Assembly (NCBI GenBank): GCA_965208105.1
Contig: OZ242318.1
Location: 2,144,001 to 2,208,000, forward strand
Length of the DNA stretch: 64,000 nucleotides
Direction of reading: 5' to 3'
From: Candidatus Latescibacterota bacterium
GTDB lineage: Bacteria > Latescibacterota > UBA2968 > UBA8231
Made by a program: the position numbers and the translations under genes. Every line of letters starts with the position of its first letter. Position 1 is the stretch's first letter. Positions 1-10,620 of this stretch are shown here, piece after piece. Under the pieces are notes generated by a model that did not search any database, was not told where the DNA came from, and saw only the letters and a program-made list of their open reading frames with translations.

Positions 1-2
1 CG

Positions 3-539
3 CCCCTCGACGAGGTTCTGCAGTTACAGGCCATCACACGGCGCATGAACCAACTGAAGGTCGAGGTCAACCGCGAAGCCAATCGTCTACATGCCGAAGG
101 ATATCGCTCCAGCTCCTCCGCACTGATCGAGCGCGATATCCACGTCCATATCCGCCACATGCAAAGTCGCATCCGGCTGTTGGAAGAAGAAGGGGTCGCG
201 CTGGTCCTCTCGGTGCCCGAGCTGAGTGAAAAATTTCACCATCTGCTCTCCATCCCCGGCATAGCCCAAACCAGTGCGCTGCGCCTGATCGCTGAGTTGG
301 CGGTGTTACCCGCCGATATGAAAGCACCCCAATGGGTCGCGCAGGCCGGCTTGGATCCGCGGCCCAAGGAGTCGGGAAACTCCATCCATCCACCGAGACG
401 CATCACCAAGGCCGGAAATAAATATCTGCGTGCTGCTCTATATATGCCCGCCCTGGTGGCCATTCGTTTTCAGCCCCAGGTCAAAGACGTGGTAGGATTT
501 CCTAAGGGGAGATCTGTAGTTGAGCGAAACTGTGGTTAG
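3..539 (+). pseudogene. IS110-family transposase fragment (5' end outside window, C-terminus truncated near 490)
   Basis: LLSIPGIA...AQAGLDP..KESG..ITKAGNKYLRAALYMPA is the Transposase_20-type motif set; similarity stops after IRFQPQVK. Confidence 0.85.
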
Positions 540-575
540 GCAAATCAATTACCTAACCACAGTTTCGCTCAACTA
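517..575. repeat. Perfect 24-bp inverted repeat with 11-bp spacer
   Basis: TAGTTGAGCGAAACTGTGGTTAGG (517-540) / CCTAACCACAGTTTCGCTCAACTA (552-575). Confidence 0.95.
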
Positions 576-755
576 GGATGTCCTTCTAGATGGCGGTCTA
601 TATTTCCATCAAGGCGATCCAGTCGTTCATCAAAGCGTTGTACTGCTCGGTCAATCTCGCCTTTCAAATCTCTCCCGACAAATAGAATAAACCAACTCGA
701 TTTCCCCTGAAAGATTTATTGATGCGTCCTACGAGATAGGAGCTTCCAAAGAATC

Positions 756-956
756 TCACTCAGCGGGACGGTCGCCGGTTGCGCGCGGCCTGGATTTAAG
801 CCAGCGTTCGACTTCGGAGGCCTTCCATCGGACCGCTCGATGCCCGATCCGCAGGGGTAGGGGGAATTCACCTTGCCTTAGCAGCCGATAAAGTGCGGAT
901 CGGCGAAGTCGGATACGGTCTTCGACCTCTTTCCTGGTCATTAACTTGTCTTCCAT
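756..956 (-). CDS. AlpA-family phage regulatory protein / excisionase
   Basis: MTRKEVEDRIRLRRSALYRLLRQGEFPLPLRIGHRAVRWKASEVERWL; GGAGG RBS upstream of ATG 956. Confidence 0.9.
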   Translation of the reverse strand: MEDKLMTRKEVEDRIRLRRSALYRLLRQGEFPLPLRIGHRAVRWKASEVERWLKSRPRATGDRPAE

Positions 957-1224
957 TTCACCTCCTCCTTTGTTGGTTTCTTCCCCCAAGATGCCGAAAA
1001 CAGATGTAATAACAAGGTTAAAAAATACGTCTATTTTTTTACTACGAAATAAGTAAAATTTGACTTGCTGGATTCCCCATGCCGCTTAGTATACCACGAG
1101 TCAACTGCAAAAAATCTTTAAAGCAGGAGGCTTTATAATGCACCACGCACTTATAGCCGTAATTTTGATAGGATGCACCGCTATGAACGTAACGACCCGA
1201 GGCAATTCCATAGTGCTTGGTGAG

Positions 1225-2333
1225 TGGAGTTACCCCGGTTTGGTGGACAGTTTTGCACCTGAGATTTCCGGGCGTTCCTTCCATCTCATTTCATAGCTGA
1301 TGGGCGACAAATAGTCTATGGCCGAGTGGCTACGATGGGGGTTGTACCAACCCTCGAAAAACGGAAAAGGGCGATGGAGGTGTATTGGCAGCCTTGATCG
1401 GAATGATGAATCACGTCCTGCGGTCGACGCTGAGCCAGGGCCATATTGAGGGCATCCAGCACCAACTCGGCACCTAAATGGGCGGCCATAGCCCAGCCGA
1501 TGATGCGCCGACTGAAGGCATCCAGGACGACGGCCAGGTAGGTGGAAGCCCGCCCAGGTAGCCACGTAGGTGATGTCGGCCACCCACAAACGATCGGGGC
1601 CGTCCGCGCTGAAATCCCGGTCCACCAGATCAGGGGCTGGACGCCGATCTTTGGCCCGGCGGGTGGTGGTAACCCAGGGACGACGACTCACCCCTTGCAA
1701 GCCCGCTTGGCGCAACAGGCGCGCCACCCTCTTGGCGCCCACGTGAACGCCTTCCTGACGCAACTGAGCAAGGATGCGCGGGGTGCCATAGGTGCCATCC
1801 GACCAGGCATGGATCGCCTCGATGTGGGCTTGGAGCCGGGCATCGGCTTGGCGACGAGCTGAAGGATGCCGTACGCGCCACGCATAGTAGCCGCTGGTGG
1901 AGACACCCAGCACACGGCACAGCGTGGTCACCGGATAGAGGGCCTGATACGCCTTCACGAATTCGAAGGCTCTGTGGGCATCGAATCGGTCTCCCGAGCG
2001 AACCAGGCCGCTGCTTTTGCCAGGATGTCGCGCTCGGTGCGCAACTGCTTGATCTGGCGACGCAGGCGTCCGTATTTCGGCGCGTTCGGAGGTGGTCAAG
2101 CCATCGTGGCGCCGGCCGCTCCGGCCGCTATCGAGGTCGGCCTGTTTTACCCAGGTTTGGATCGTCTGAGCGGAGGGCTCGAACTCTTTGGCCAAGGAGC
2201 CAGGCGAGCGTCCGGAGCGGACCAGCTCGATCATCTGCTGGCGAAATTCGGGGGGATAGGGAATACGTGATTTAGGCATGGGGGGCTCCTTTTCATCAAG
2301 TGATAAGGTACCCACCAAACCGGGTCAGCTCCG
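1225..2333 (-). mobile_element. IS3-family element, degenerate (frameshifts, internal deletion in the DDE domain)
   Basis: Terminal IRs TGGAGTTACCCCGGTTTGGTGG (1225) and CGGAGCTGACCCGGTTTGGTGG (reverse, ending 2333); OrfA HTH YPPEFRQQMIELVRSG; OrfB WVADITYV and WYNPHRSHSAIDYLSP. Confidence 0.88.
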
Positions 2334-2975
2334 GGGGCATGACCTGCCCGGCATTGCGGTAAGCAAAATATTCATCGGTGACCAGGGCGGATTTTGCAAC
2401 CTTGGACTTCTCCTTGATGAAGCCCAGTAGGGTGCGGCTCTTGGTGTCGTGGGTCACCCTGGCTTGACTTCCCCGCCGCGCGGGACGGCACCGGCCACGG
2501 AAGCCTTGCCCGAAGCGCCCGGCGGCGCATGGTGCGGGAATTCTTGTAGCAGACCTTCCCGCCCACCTATTTCGATAATGCCTTGGACCAATCCGCCCTC
2601 GTCTGTGACCATTGCGGACCGAATGCACTGTTGCATCCTCCATGCGGTTTTCTGGTTCAACTCCAGACCCCGGGCAAGCTCATAGCTGGACAGGCTTTCA
2701 CTTTCATTGGGGTCGGCCATAAGGGCTATGGCCAGGAACCACTTTTTTAGTTCAATATGGGTCCCCTGGAAAATGGTCCCTGTAAGCACATTGAAACTGT
2801 TGGTGCACTCGTTGCAGTTCCACCGACCCAACCGGTTGCTTTCGTTCTTCTGTCTCACCCTTTCACTGCCACAGAAGGGGCAATAAGCCTGCATGGGCCA
2901 ACGGACTTTTTCAAGGTGATCGATGCAGGCTTGCTGGTCGGGGAACTGTTGAAAAATGGTAGTCAGGCTCATCAT
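2334..2975 (-). pseudogene. IS1595-family transposase fragment, frameshifted and cut by the IS3
   Basis: FPDQQACIDHLEKVRWP..CPFCGS..C..C Zn ribbon, TIFQGTHIELKKWF, and downstream LVTDEYFAY in another frame. Confidence 0.8.
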
Positions 2976-3378
2976 TACCCCTTCAACTACTACAAATATA
3001 CTATCCAAAGGGGTTGTGTTAAATCATTTTCTCCTTATTTCCTTTTACTAAAAAAGAAAGAACCTATTTGCTTGCTATAGCGCTCTCGTTGACCATTGCC
3101 ATCCTGCCATGCTTTCTGTCTTGACGCATTCAACCATGGTCTTCGGAATCCTGCAACAAGCCATCCAGAGCTCGCCCTATGGAAGTACGGCAAATTGGGT
3201 CGGTAAATTAGGCTGTTTGAAAGGGGACCTCGATAGACGAGAGAGTGTTCGCATCCTGGAAGTCGGCAACGGACCGCAAGGGAGTAGACATAAATTTTAC
3301 AGTAAGGTTGGCCGATCCTTGCCTCCTGTCCAATCCAGGGCTCCCAAAACCAGGTGGGTGATGGGCCTTCCATCCTGA

Positions 3379-3984
3379 TCAATAGAAAATTGCAAATCCA
3401 GACCTCCCCATACAGTAAAGAGTGTGTTCTTCCACCCCTGGGGGTGGTCCTACCGAAGCCATGGAGTAGCCATATCCGGGCCGCTTCATCGAGGGGAGGC
3501 GGTCCTTCTTCACCTTTTGGATAGCCGCCCGGACCGCATCGGGGGATAGGTATAATACCTCCGCTATTCTCTCGATCGCTTCCTCACCCGTGAGTCCATC
3601 TGCCCGTAGCAGCCGATGGCCATACACAATTCGATCGTTGCGATCATCATTTTCGGGCCGACCACGCGTCTTCGGCTTTTGTAGTTTTCCCACGGTTACC
3701 CAAAGGGACCAACCCACCAAGATTTTGGGTACCCTTTCTCTTCGTTCTAAGAGCCTGGATATCAGATTGACCAAACCTTCCCAAGCCCAGATCTTGGTAA
3801 GTGCCCATTCCATGTACCAGACCAGCAGGTCATGGCGAACGAGACAATGTGGCTCCTCGGCGTAGCACTGGTTGGGTGGGATTCGCAAATACCGCGTGGG
3901 CAGATCCGCCAGGGTCGGGTACCAAATATTCTCCATGCGTAAAAATGCGCGCATGTCCTCGTCCAATTCCCTCTTTTTATCCAT
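3379..3984 (-). CDS. Hypothetical island protein, possible C-terminal HTH
   Basis: 201-aa ORF overlapping the integrase stop; RGRP motif followed by EAIERIAEVLYLSPDAVRAAI. Confidence 0.6.
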   Translation of the reverse strand: MDKKRELDEDMRAFLRMENIWYPTLADLPTRYLRIPPNQCYAEEPHCLVRHDLLVWYMEWALTKIWAWEGLVNLISRLLERRERVPKILVGWSLWVTVGKLQKPKTRGRPENDDRNDRIVYGHRLLRADGLTGEEAIERIAEVLYLSPDAVRAAIQKVKKDRLPSMKRPGYGYSMASVGPPPGVEEHTLYCMGRSGFAIFY

Positions 3985-5137
3985 AATTGTGCTCCAGAAA
4001 AGCCGCCCACTTATCCATCAACACCCGGCGCCGGTCACGCAGATCACTTCGCGCGTAAGCTCTTTCGACGGGGCTTCCCGCCAAGTGGGAAAGTGCCAGC
4101 TCCATGACGGCGTTCTCGGTATCCGTGCGCTCGGCGGCCCAATCCCTGAAGGTCGAGCGAAATCCGTGGACCGTCGCCCGCTCGGCGAGCCCGTTATCCC
4201 TTAATACCTTGGTCAGGGTCATATTGCTCAGTGGGTTTCCTGGTCGCGTGGGAGACGGAAAGATCAGCCCGCTGCCTTCGTCAAGGACCTGGGCCTGATC
4301 GAGCACGTCCATCGCCGCATCGCTCAGCGGCTGACGATGCTCAACAGGCCTCTTCATCCGCTCGGCGGGGATCCGCCATTCCCGAGCCTCGAGATCGATC
4401 TCCCCCCAGGTTGCTCCCCGTGCCTCCCCGGACCTTGCCGCGGTCAATACGAGGAACCGAAGACACAGCTTCGCCGCCGGAGAAGCCCTCGACTCCGCAA
4501 TCACACGCAACGCCTCGGCGGCTTCCCTGTAGGGAAGCGCCCGGTGGTGCTGATTGACGGCTCTCATGGTTGGCAGGGCGCCGTCAATGGCCTCGCCGGC
4601 CGGGTTGTGGTCGACGAACCCGTGAGCCTGGCACCAGCGCAACGTGGCCTTGATGGTCCGTCGCACCCGTCGCGCAGTTTCCGGCTTGACGGACCAGATC
4701 GGCGTCAAGACGGCCAGCACATCCTCGCCCCGGATCTGGTCCACCGCCATATCCCCCAGACGCCCGAAGGCATGGCGCTCCAGTTGCTGCATCCAGTTGG
4801 TCGCCACTTTGGCGCTGCGCCAGCTCGGCTTTTTCGCCTCGAAGGTCCGCACGGCCGCTTGTCTGAAGGTCGGAGTTAGAGCCCTTCGCTTTAGAACGAG
4901 CGGGTCTCCTCCCGAGCGGGCGAGCCGGCGATTATCAAACGCCTTGTCGCGAGCCTCAGCCAGACTCACCAAGGGATAGCCGCCCAGCCCGAGGTCCCTG
5001 CGGCGGCCTCCGATGGTTAGTCGCTGTATCCAGGACTTGGACCCGCCCGGTGCGACGTACAGGAACAGCGTCCCGCCGTCTCCGTACCGGCCCGGTTTTG
5101 AGATTGATTTCACCTTTGCTGCCGTCAGCTTTCCCAT
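3977..5137 (-). CDS. P4-like tyrosine integrase
   Basis: Arm-binding domain GRYGDGGTLFL..RRRDLGLGGYPLVSLAEAR; catalytic TAARSGE, RMK, HGFR, LSH, AY; lies next to the tRNA-Leu 3' end. Confidence 0.95.
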   Translation of the reverse strand: MGKLTAAKVKSISKPGRYGDGGTLFLYVAPGGSKSWIQRLTIGGRRRDLGLGGYPLVSLAEARDKAFDNRRLARSGGDPLVLKRRALTPTFRQAAVRTFEAKKPSWRSAKVATNWMQQLERHAFGRLGDMAVDQIRGEDVLAVLTPIWSVKPETARRVRRTIKATLRWCQAHGFVDHNPAGEAIDGALPTMRAVNQHHRALPYREAAEALRVIAESRASPAAKLCLRFLVLTAARSGEARGATWGEIDLEAREWRIPAERMKRPVEHRQPLSDAAMDVLDQAQVLDEGSGLIFPSPTRPGNPLSNMTLTKVLRDNGLAERATVHGFRSTFRDWAAERTDTENAVMELALSHLAGSPVERAYARSDLRDRRRVLMDKWAAFLEHNYG

Positions 5138-5288
5138 AATTTTTCCCCACAATTTAACCCACGTAATAGTAAGGAATATAACGGAATCGTCGGAAAACCG
5201 CAAACCGAACGGAGAACGACAACTTATTTATGGAAAAGAAGTTAAGAGCGCTAAAGGGAACAGAAGGGAATCGTGAGAACGATCAGGA

Positions 5289-5377
5289 TGGTGCCGAGGG
5301 CCGGACTCGAACCGGCACGGCCGATTGCGGCCAACGGATTTTAAGTCCGTCGCGTCTACCAATTCCGCCACCCCGGC
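5289..5377 (-). tRNA. tRNA-Leu (TAA), long variable arm, encoded CCA
   Basis: GCCGGGGTGGCGGAATTGGTAGACGCGACGGACTTAAAATCCGT...GGTTCGAGTCCGGCCCTCGGCACCA. Confidence 0.97.
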
Positions 5378-5395
5378 GCCGGCTCTGACGAAAAA

Positions 5396-5470
5396 TGGAG
5401 GCGACGCCCGGACTCGAACCGGGGAATAAGGGCTTTGCAGGCCCCTGCCTTACCACTTGGCCACGCCGCC
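5396..5470 (-). tRNA. tRNA-Cys (GCA), encoded CCA
   Basis: GGCGGCGTGGCCAAGTGGTAAGGCAGGGGCCTGCAAAGCCCT...GGTTCGAGTCCGGGCGTCGCCTCCA. Confidence 0.97.
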
Positions 5471-5614
5471 TCGTCAAGATATCTTCAACCGCTGGCGACC
5501 GAAAACATATGGAGTGGGCCGTACTCTGTCAACCTTCCCGCGCTTTGCCCTCTTCCAATTTTTGCTATATTTGAGCCGGACGAAATGACCCATCCGCCCG
5601 GGGAGCCCCTATCC

Positions 5615-6409
5615 ATGCAGCAATACCTGGATCTTGTCCGTTATGTCCTTGACAACGGCATCGAGAAGGACGACCGCACCTGCGTCGGCGCCCTGACCGT
5701 CTTCGGTTACCAGATGCGCTTCGACCTCTCTGCGGGCTTCCCCTGCCTGACCACCAAGAAAATCCACCTCAGGTCCATCATTCGAGAACTGCTGTGGTTT
5801 CTCAAGGGCGATACCAATGTCGCCTACCTGCAAAAGCACGGGGTCAGCATCTGGGACGAATGGGCCGATCCCGGCGGCGACCTGGGACCGATCTACGGCA
5901 AGCAGTGGCGCGCGTGGGAATGCGGCGACGGCCGCTCCATCGACCAGATCGGGCACGTCGTCGACCTCATCAGGAACGACCCCGCCAGCCGCCGCCTGGT
6001 CGTCAGCGCCTGGAATGTGGGCGATCTCGATCACATGACCCTCACCCCCTGCCACTGCCTCTTTCAGTTCTCCGTCCACGGCGGCCAGCTGAGTTGTCAG
6101 CTCTACCAGCGCAGCTGTGACGTGGGCCTCGGGGTGCCTTTCAACATCGCCAGCTACAGCCTCCTCACCATGATGGTGGCCCAGGTCTGCGGCCTGGAAC
6201 CGGGCCATTTCATCTGGACCGGCGGAGATACTCATATCTATCTCAACCACGTGGAAGCGCTACGTGAGCAACTCGAACGCCAACCCAGACCCTTGCCCAC
6301 AATGCTCATCAATGATCGCGGCCAGGATATCTTCCACTTTCGCTACGACGACTTTCAGCTCCTCGACTACAATCCACATCCCCCCATATCCATGGAAATA
6401 GCCGTCTGA
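5615..6409 (+). CDS. thyA: Thymidylate synthase
   Basis: MQQYLDL start, [27 protein letters not shown]. Confidence 0.97.
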   Translation: MQQYLDLVRYVLDNGIEKDDRTCVGALTVFGYQMRFDLSAGFPCLTTKKIHLRSIIRELLWFLKGDTNVAYLQKHGVSIWDEWADPGGDLGPIYGKQWRAWECGDGRSIDQIGHVVDLIRNDPASRRLVVSAWNVGDLDHMTLTPCHCLFQFSVHGGQLSCQLYQRSCDVGLGVPFNIASYSLLTMMVAQVCGLEPGHFIWTGGDTHIYLNHVEALREQLERQPRPLPTMLINDRGQDIFHFRYDDFQLLDYNPHPPISMEIAV

Positions 6410-6438
6410 GCACCACCCTCCTTCATCGCGACATCACC

Positions 6439-7296
6439 GTGGCTGTCCAGGGCGAGATGGGCTCGTACAGCGAGCTTGCCGCCTACGAGTTCTTCTCCCC
6501 CAAGGTCTCCATCCTGCCCTGCGAAACCTTCGAAACGCTGTTCGACGCCGTCCAGTCGGGCAAGGCAGACTTCGGCATGGCACCGGTCGAGAACTCCCTG
6601 GCCGGCAGCATTCATCCGGTCTGGAATCTCCTGGGCAGTAGAGGACTGCCCATCGCCGGCGAGATCAGCATGCGCATCGTACACTGTCTCCTGGGGCATC
6701 CGGGCGCCCGCATGCGGGATATCCGCCGAGTCTTCTCCCATCCACAAGCCCTGGCCCAGTGCCGGGAATACCTCTCGGGCCTTGCGGGTGTAAAGCAGGA
6801 AGAGGTCTACGATACGGCCGGTGCGGTCAAGATCATCCGTAAAAGAGGGAGAAAAGCAGAAGCGGCCATCGCCTCGGCTCAGGCCGCCGTGGATTACGAC
6901 ATGGAGGTCCTGGCTGAAAGCATCCAGACCCACAACGAGAATTTCACCCGCTTTCTGGTCCTCAGCCATCAGCCCCGCCACTTCGAAGAAGAACCCCTGA
7001 AGACCACCCTGGTCCTCACCCTGGAGGATGGAGCCCGGAACCTGCCCGCGGTCCTCGGCAGCCTCGCCCGGCGCAACGTCGACATTCTCAGGATCGACTC
7101 GCACAAGCGCGTCGGCTACCCCTATGAATACCTGTACTATCTGGAGTTCAGGGGGAGCCCTGCCGATCCGGAACAGGAAGCCGCCCTGCAGGAAATCGCC
7201 CGACAGGTTGCCACTCTGAATCTCATCGGTTCATTTCCTCCCGGCCGCAGCTGCGAAGCCCGCCCGCATCAGCGCCGGCAGGATTCCGCCTCCTAA
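6439..7296 (+). CDS. pheA: Prephenate dehydratase with ACT domain
   Basis: QGEMGSYSE, PVENS, SHPQALAQC, NFTRF. Confidence 0.93.
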   Translation: MAVQGEMGSYSELAAYEFFSPKVSILPCETFETLFDAVQSGKADFGMAPVENSLAGSIHPVWNLLGSRGLPIAGEISMRIVHCLLGHPGARMRDIRRVFSHPQALAQCREYLSGLAGVKQEEVYDTAGAVKIIRKRGRKAEAAIASAQAAVDYDMEVLAESIQTHNENFTRFLVLSHQPRHFEEEPLKTTLVLTLEDGARNLPAVLGSLARRNVDILRIDSHKRVGYPYEYLYYLEFRGSPADPEQEAALQEIARQVATLNLIGSFPPGRSCEARPHQRRQDSAS

Positions 7297-7658
7297 TCCT
7301 CCACCAGCGTCCGCACCCCGGGTTCTTCATGGTCAATGCGCCAGATACCCACCTTGCCGTCCCCGTCCAGGTCCGCCCTCACGTCGATCCTGTAGGCCGC
7401 ATCCCGAACCTCCACATCCCAATGGTATACGTCAATCCAATTCCATTCCAACCCGAAGGATGCATCCGTTGGGTCGAAGTAGCGGTTATGCTCCCTGAAA
7501 TACGCTGCCTCCAGCTGGCTGAGCTGTTCCAGGCCCGTTACCAGTTCGATCTCGCGCTGCTGCTCCAGTGTGATGCGGGAAAACTCTGCAATCCCAAGAC
7601 CGATTAGAACCAGCAGGAGGACCAGAATCTCCAGTCGCAGGTACCAGTTTGAAGACAT
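7293..7658 (-). CDS. Pilin-like membrane protein
   Basis: N-terminal hydrophobic helix LEILVLLLVLIGL, then EAAYFREHNRY and ADLDGDG..WRID. Confidence 0.55.
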   Translation of the reverse strand: MSSNWYLRLEILVLLLVLIGLGIAEFSRITLEQQREIELVTGLEQLSQLEAAYFREHNRYFDPTDASFGLEWNWIDVYHWDVEVRDAAYRIDVRADLDGDGKVGIWRIDHEEPGVRTLVED

Positions 7659-7673
7659 TGAGTCGGCCGCCTT

Positions 7674-9260
7674 CTACCTGAATTGCAGATCGATTTCGGT
7701 AGCACTTTCACCCTCGGCCAGGTTGACCGTCTGGGGGAAGAGAGAGTAGGGCTCGGACGCTCTCGGGGGATCGAGGCGTCCCGGGTCCAGAACCTCGTTC
7801 CCGTTCCGGTCGACGAAGGCATGAACCGTGTAGGATCCGGGAAGCAACCCCTCCATCAGGAAATTTCCGGCCCCGTCGGCGCGGGCGCGGTATGACCTGT
7901 CGTGCCCCCGGTGCCGCGCTACCACCCATGCATCTCCTTCCTGGGCGCTCCCCGCCAGAGACCCCATCTCCTGTTCTCCCATCACCTCGAACTCGAATAC
8001 CACCAGGCTGTCACCCGGGCTCAATCCACTCAGGTCCTCAAACCTCTCGCCGCGGCCCCTCAGGCTGTAGACTCCCGGCTGCAGGGGAGATGTGGGCACG
8101 AAGGCCGCCACGGTTCCATCCTCCCAGTACCAGCTTCCCTCCAGAAACCGGGTCGAGTCGCTCTCTATCCAGAAGTCCTCGGGCGCCACCTGCCGCATGG
8201 CCTCGCTGTAGACCAGCCTGAGGGTATCGCCGGCGGCGATTTTTCCACCCCGGGGAAACTGATCGTACAACTCCGGTGGGACTCGATCGGGCCGGCCGCT
8301 GCCGCGAACCGGCTCTTCCCAGTCCAGGGGCTGCCCTCCCACCCTGAGCTCGGCGAAGGAATAGGCCTTGCCCGCCTCCTGCGGCGCGGTGAGGATATAG
8401 ATCTTGCGGCCGTCGGCGGGTCCTCCGTACAACCCCTGGACGTCCAGCCCGTCGAACTCTACCTCCACCTCTTTCGCCTCCACCTCCGCACTGAAGTAAA
8501 GGAGTACCCTTTCCCGGTTCAGGGCCTGGACCCGTTGCAGACGCGGCGCCGTTCCCGGAATCCTGAAGAGCGCCAGATCCCCGCATCGCACCCCGCCGCC
8601 CTCCTCCAGCAGCAAATCCCCGGAGGCCAGCGCCAACCATTCGCCTTCTCCGTAGCGTTTGTTCCTGTTCTCGTCCACGAAGGCCATAATCCGGTAGCGG
8701 CCAGGGGAGAGCCATGAGAACTCGTAGGCACCATCCCCCCCGGTCTGAGTGCGGTATTGCGGAGCATCCTCGCCCACCAATCCGGTGAAGCCCTCCAGAT
8801 CGTAGGCCCACACGTGCACCCCGCCGAGGGGTTGGTGGTCCTTGAACACGTGACCGTATATGCGCCCCTGGTTGAGCCGGTCCCCGGTGGCAAAGGCGAA
8901 GGTGAAGGACTGCTCCAGGGGATTGCCCCGCAAATCGCGCGCCCCTGTCCCCACCGTGACCACATAGGTGCGGTTGGCGCTCAGGCCTTCTCCCGCCTCC
9001 AGCACCAGCCGCCGCCCCCTCCATCGAAACCTGGCATCGAGCTCGGGCGCAAGGAAGATCGCCTCCTGGGTCAGCGTCCTCTCCATGCCCTCGCTGAAGA
9101 CGATCTCCACCCGCGCATCGAGCTTCACCCCGATGGCGTCAGCCGCCGGAAGGTGCTCGATAATCCGCGGCGGCAGTCGATCCGCCTCTCCTCCCTGGGG
9201 GGGGCCGACCTTGGCACACCCAATCAGGAGCCCCAAGAAAATGTGGATCAAATAGATCAC
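7674..9260 (-). CDS. Lipoprotein with Ig-like (Big_5) domains
   Basis: LIGCAKVGPPQGGEAD lipobox and FSE.M..TY.VTVG...DLRGN Ig motifs. Confidence 0.8.
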   Translation of the reverse strand: MIYLIHIFLGLLIGCAKVGPPQGGEADRLPPRIIEHLPAADAIGVKLDARVEIVFSEGMERTLTQEAIFLAPELDARFRWRGRRLVLEAGEGLSANRTYVVTVGTGARDLRGNPLEQSFTFAFATGDRLNQGRIYGHVFKDHQPLGGVHVWAYDLEGFTGLVGEDAPQYRTQTGGDGAYEFSWLSPGRYRIMAFVDENRNKRYGEGEWLALASGDLLLEEGGGVRCGDLALFRIPGTAPRLQRVQALNRERVLLYFSAEVEAKEVEVEFDGLDVQGLYGGPADGRKIYILTAPQEAGKAYSFAELRVGGQPLDWEEPVRGSGRPDRVPPELYDQFPRGGKIAAGDTLRLVYSEAMRQVAPEDFWIESDSTRFLEGSWYWEDGTVAAFVPTSPLQPGVYSLRGRGERFEDLSGLSPGDSLVVFEFEVMGEQEMGSLAGSAQEGDAWVVARHRGHDRSYRARADGAGNFLMEGLLPGSYTVHAFVDRNGNEVLDPGRLDPPRASEPYSLFPQTVNLAEGESATEIDLQFR

Positions 9261-9279
9261 CGGCGCAGGCTTTTGCGGT

Positions 9280-10608
9280 TCAGAGGATATAGCGGCTCAT
9301 GTCTTCGTCCTCGAGAATCTTCTCCAGCTTCCTGGACACGTACTTCCTGGTAATGCGCATGGTCTTCTGTTTGAGGGCCGGCGCATCGAAGAGGACCTGG
9401 TCGAGCAGTGCGGACATGACCGTATGCAGCCGCCGGGCGCCGATGTTTTCCATGCGCATATTGATTACGTAGGCGATGCGGGCGATCTCGTCGATTGCCT
9501 CCGGTAGGAAGGAAAGCTTCAGGCCTTCGGTGGACAGCAGGGCCACGTATTGCTTGATGAGAGCATTCCGGGGGGCCGTCAGGATCTGCACGAAATCCTC
9601 CTGCCCCAGGCTGTCCAGCTCGACCCGTATCGGAAAGCGGCCCTGGAGTTCGGGAATCATATCCGCGGGCTTGGAAATGTGAAATGCACCGGCGGCGATG
9701 AACAGAACGTGGTCGGTGCGCACCATGCCGTAGCGCGTGGCCACGGTGCACCCTTCGATGATCGGCAGAAGATCGCGCTGCACCCCCTCACGCGATATGT
9801 CCGGACCGCTCTTGGCGTGCTCTCCGGCGATCTTGTCGATCTCGTCGAGAAAGACGATCCCCGAATTCTCTACGCGGTCAATGGCCTCGGCCACCACGCG
9901 GTCCTTGTCGATGAGTTTCTGGGTCTCCTCCTGCAGTAAAAACCGGTGGGCTTCCACCAGGGTAAGCTGGCGCTCCTTGTTCACCGCCGGCACCATATCG
10001 GTAAGAACCTCCTGAATATTGATGCTCATTTCCTCAAGGCTCCCCACCGGAGAAAGCACCTCGATCATTGGAAGACGCTCGCGCGGAACCTCCAGCTCAA
10101 CCAGGCGTCCGTCCAGCTTTCCGGAGCGCAACTGCCTCCGCAGTCTCTCTCTCCGCTGCTTCACCTCCTTGGAAGGAGGGCCGTCCTGGGGCAGGGAACC
10201 GCCCAGCAGATCCAGCAATCTTTCCTCCACCCTCTCCTCGGCCTGTCCCGCCACCGCGGCCCCATACTCCTCCTTGACCATGTTGAAGCTCAGGTCCACC
10301 AAGTCGCGGATGATGGATTCCACGTCGCGTCCCACGTAGCCAACCTCGGTGAACTTGGAGGCTTCAACCTTGATGAAGGGGGCATGAGTCAGGGCGGCCA
10401 GCCGGCGGGCGATCTCTGTCTTTCCCACCCCGGTGGGACCGATCATCACGATATTGTTGGGCGCAATCTCGCCGCGGAGGTGCCTGGCCACTTGCTGCCG
10501 CCGCCAGCGGTTGCGCAGTGCGATGGCGACCGAACGCTTGGCGCTCTCCTGGCCGACTATGTAGCGGTCGAGCGCGGAGACGATTTCCTTAGGAGTCAGT
10601 TCCTTCAC
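9280..10608 (-). CDS. hslU: ATP-dependent protease ATPase subunit HslU
   Basis: GPTGVGKTE, FLDEIDK, GRFPIRV, GARRL, C-terminal RYIL. Confidence 0.97.
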   Translation of the reverse strand: MKELTPKEIVSALDRYIVGQESAKRSVAIALRNRWRRQQVARHLRGEIAPNNIVMIGPTGVGKTEIARRLAALTHAPFIKVEASKFTEVGYVGRDVESIIRDLVDLSFNMVKEEYGAAVAGQAEERVEERLLDLLGGSLPQDGPPSKEVKQRRERLRRQLRSGKLDGRLVELEVPRERLPMIEVLSPVGSLEEMSINIQEVLTDMVPAVNKERQLTLVEAHRFLLQEETQKLIDKDRVVAEAIDRVENSGIVFLDEIDKIAGEHAKSGPDISREGVQRDLLPIIEGCTVATRYGMVRTDHVLFIAAGAFHISKPADMIPELQGRFPIRVELDSLGQEDFVQILTAPRNALIKQYVALLSTEGLKLSFLPEAIDEIARIAYVINMRMENIGARRLHTVMSALLDQVLFDAPALKQKTMRITRKYVSRKLEKILEDEDMSRYIL

Positions 10609-10620
10609 GCATCACCTTTC

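Noticed and set aside
490-755. IS110 bridge RNA
   Set aside because: The transposase is truncated before its end and no two-loop bridge structure is recognisable.
3035-3382. ORFs of 115 aa (minus) and 89 aa (plus)
   Set aside because: No recognisable motifs; cannot decide whether either is real.
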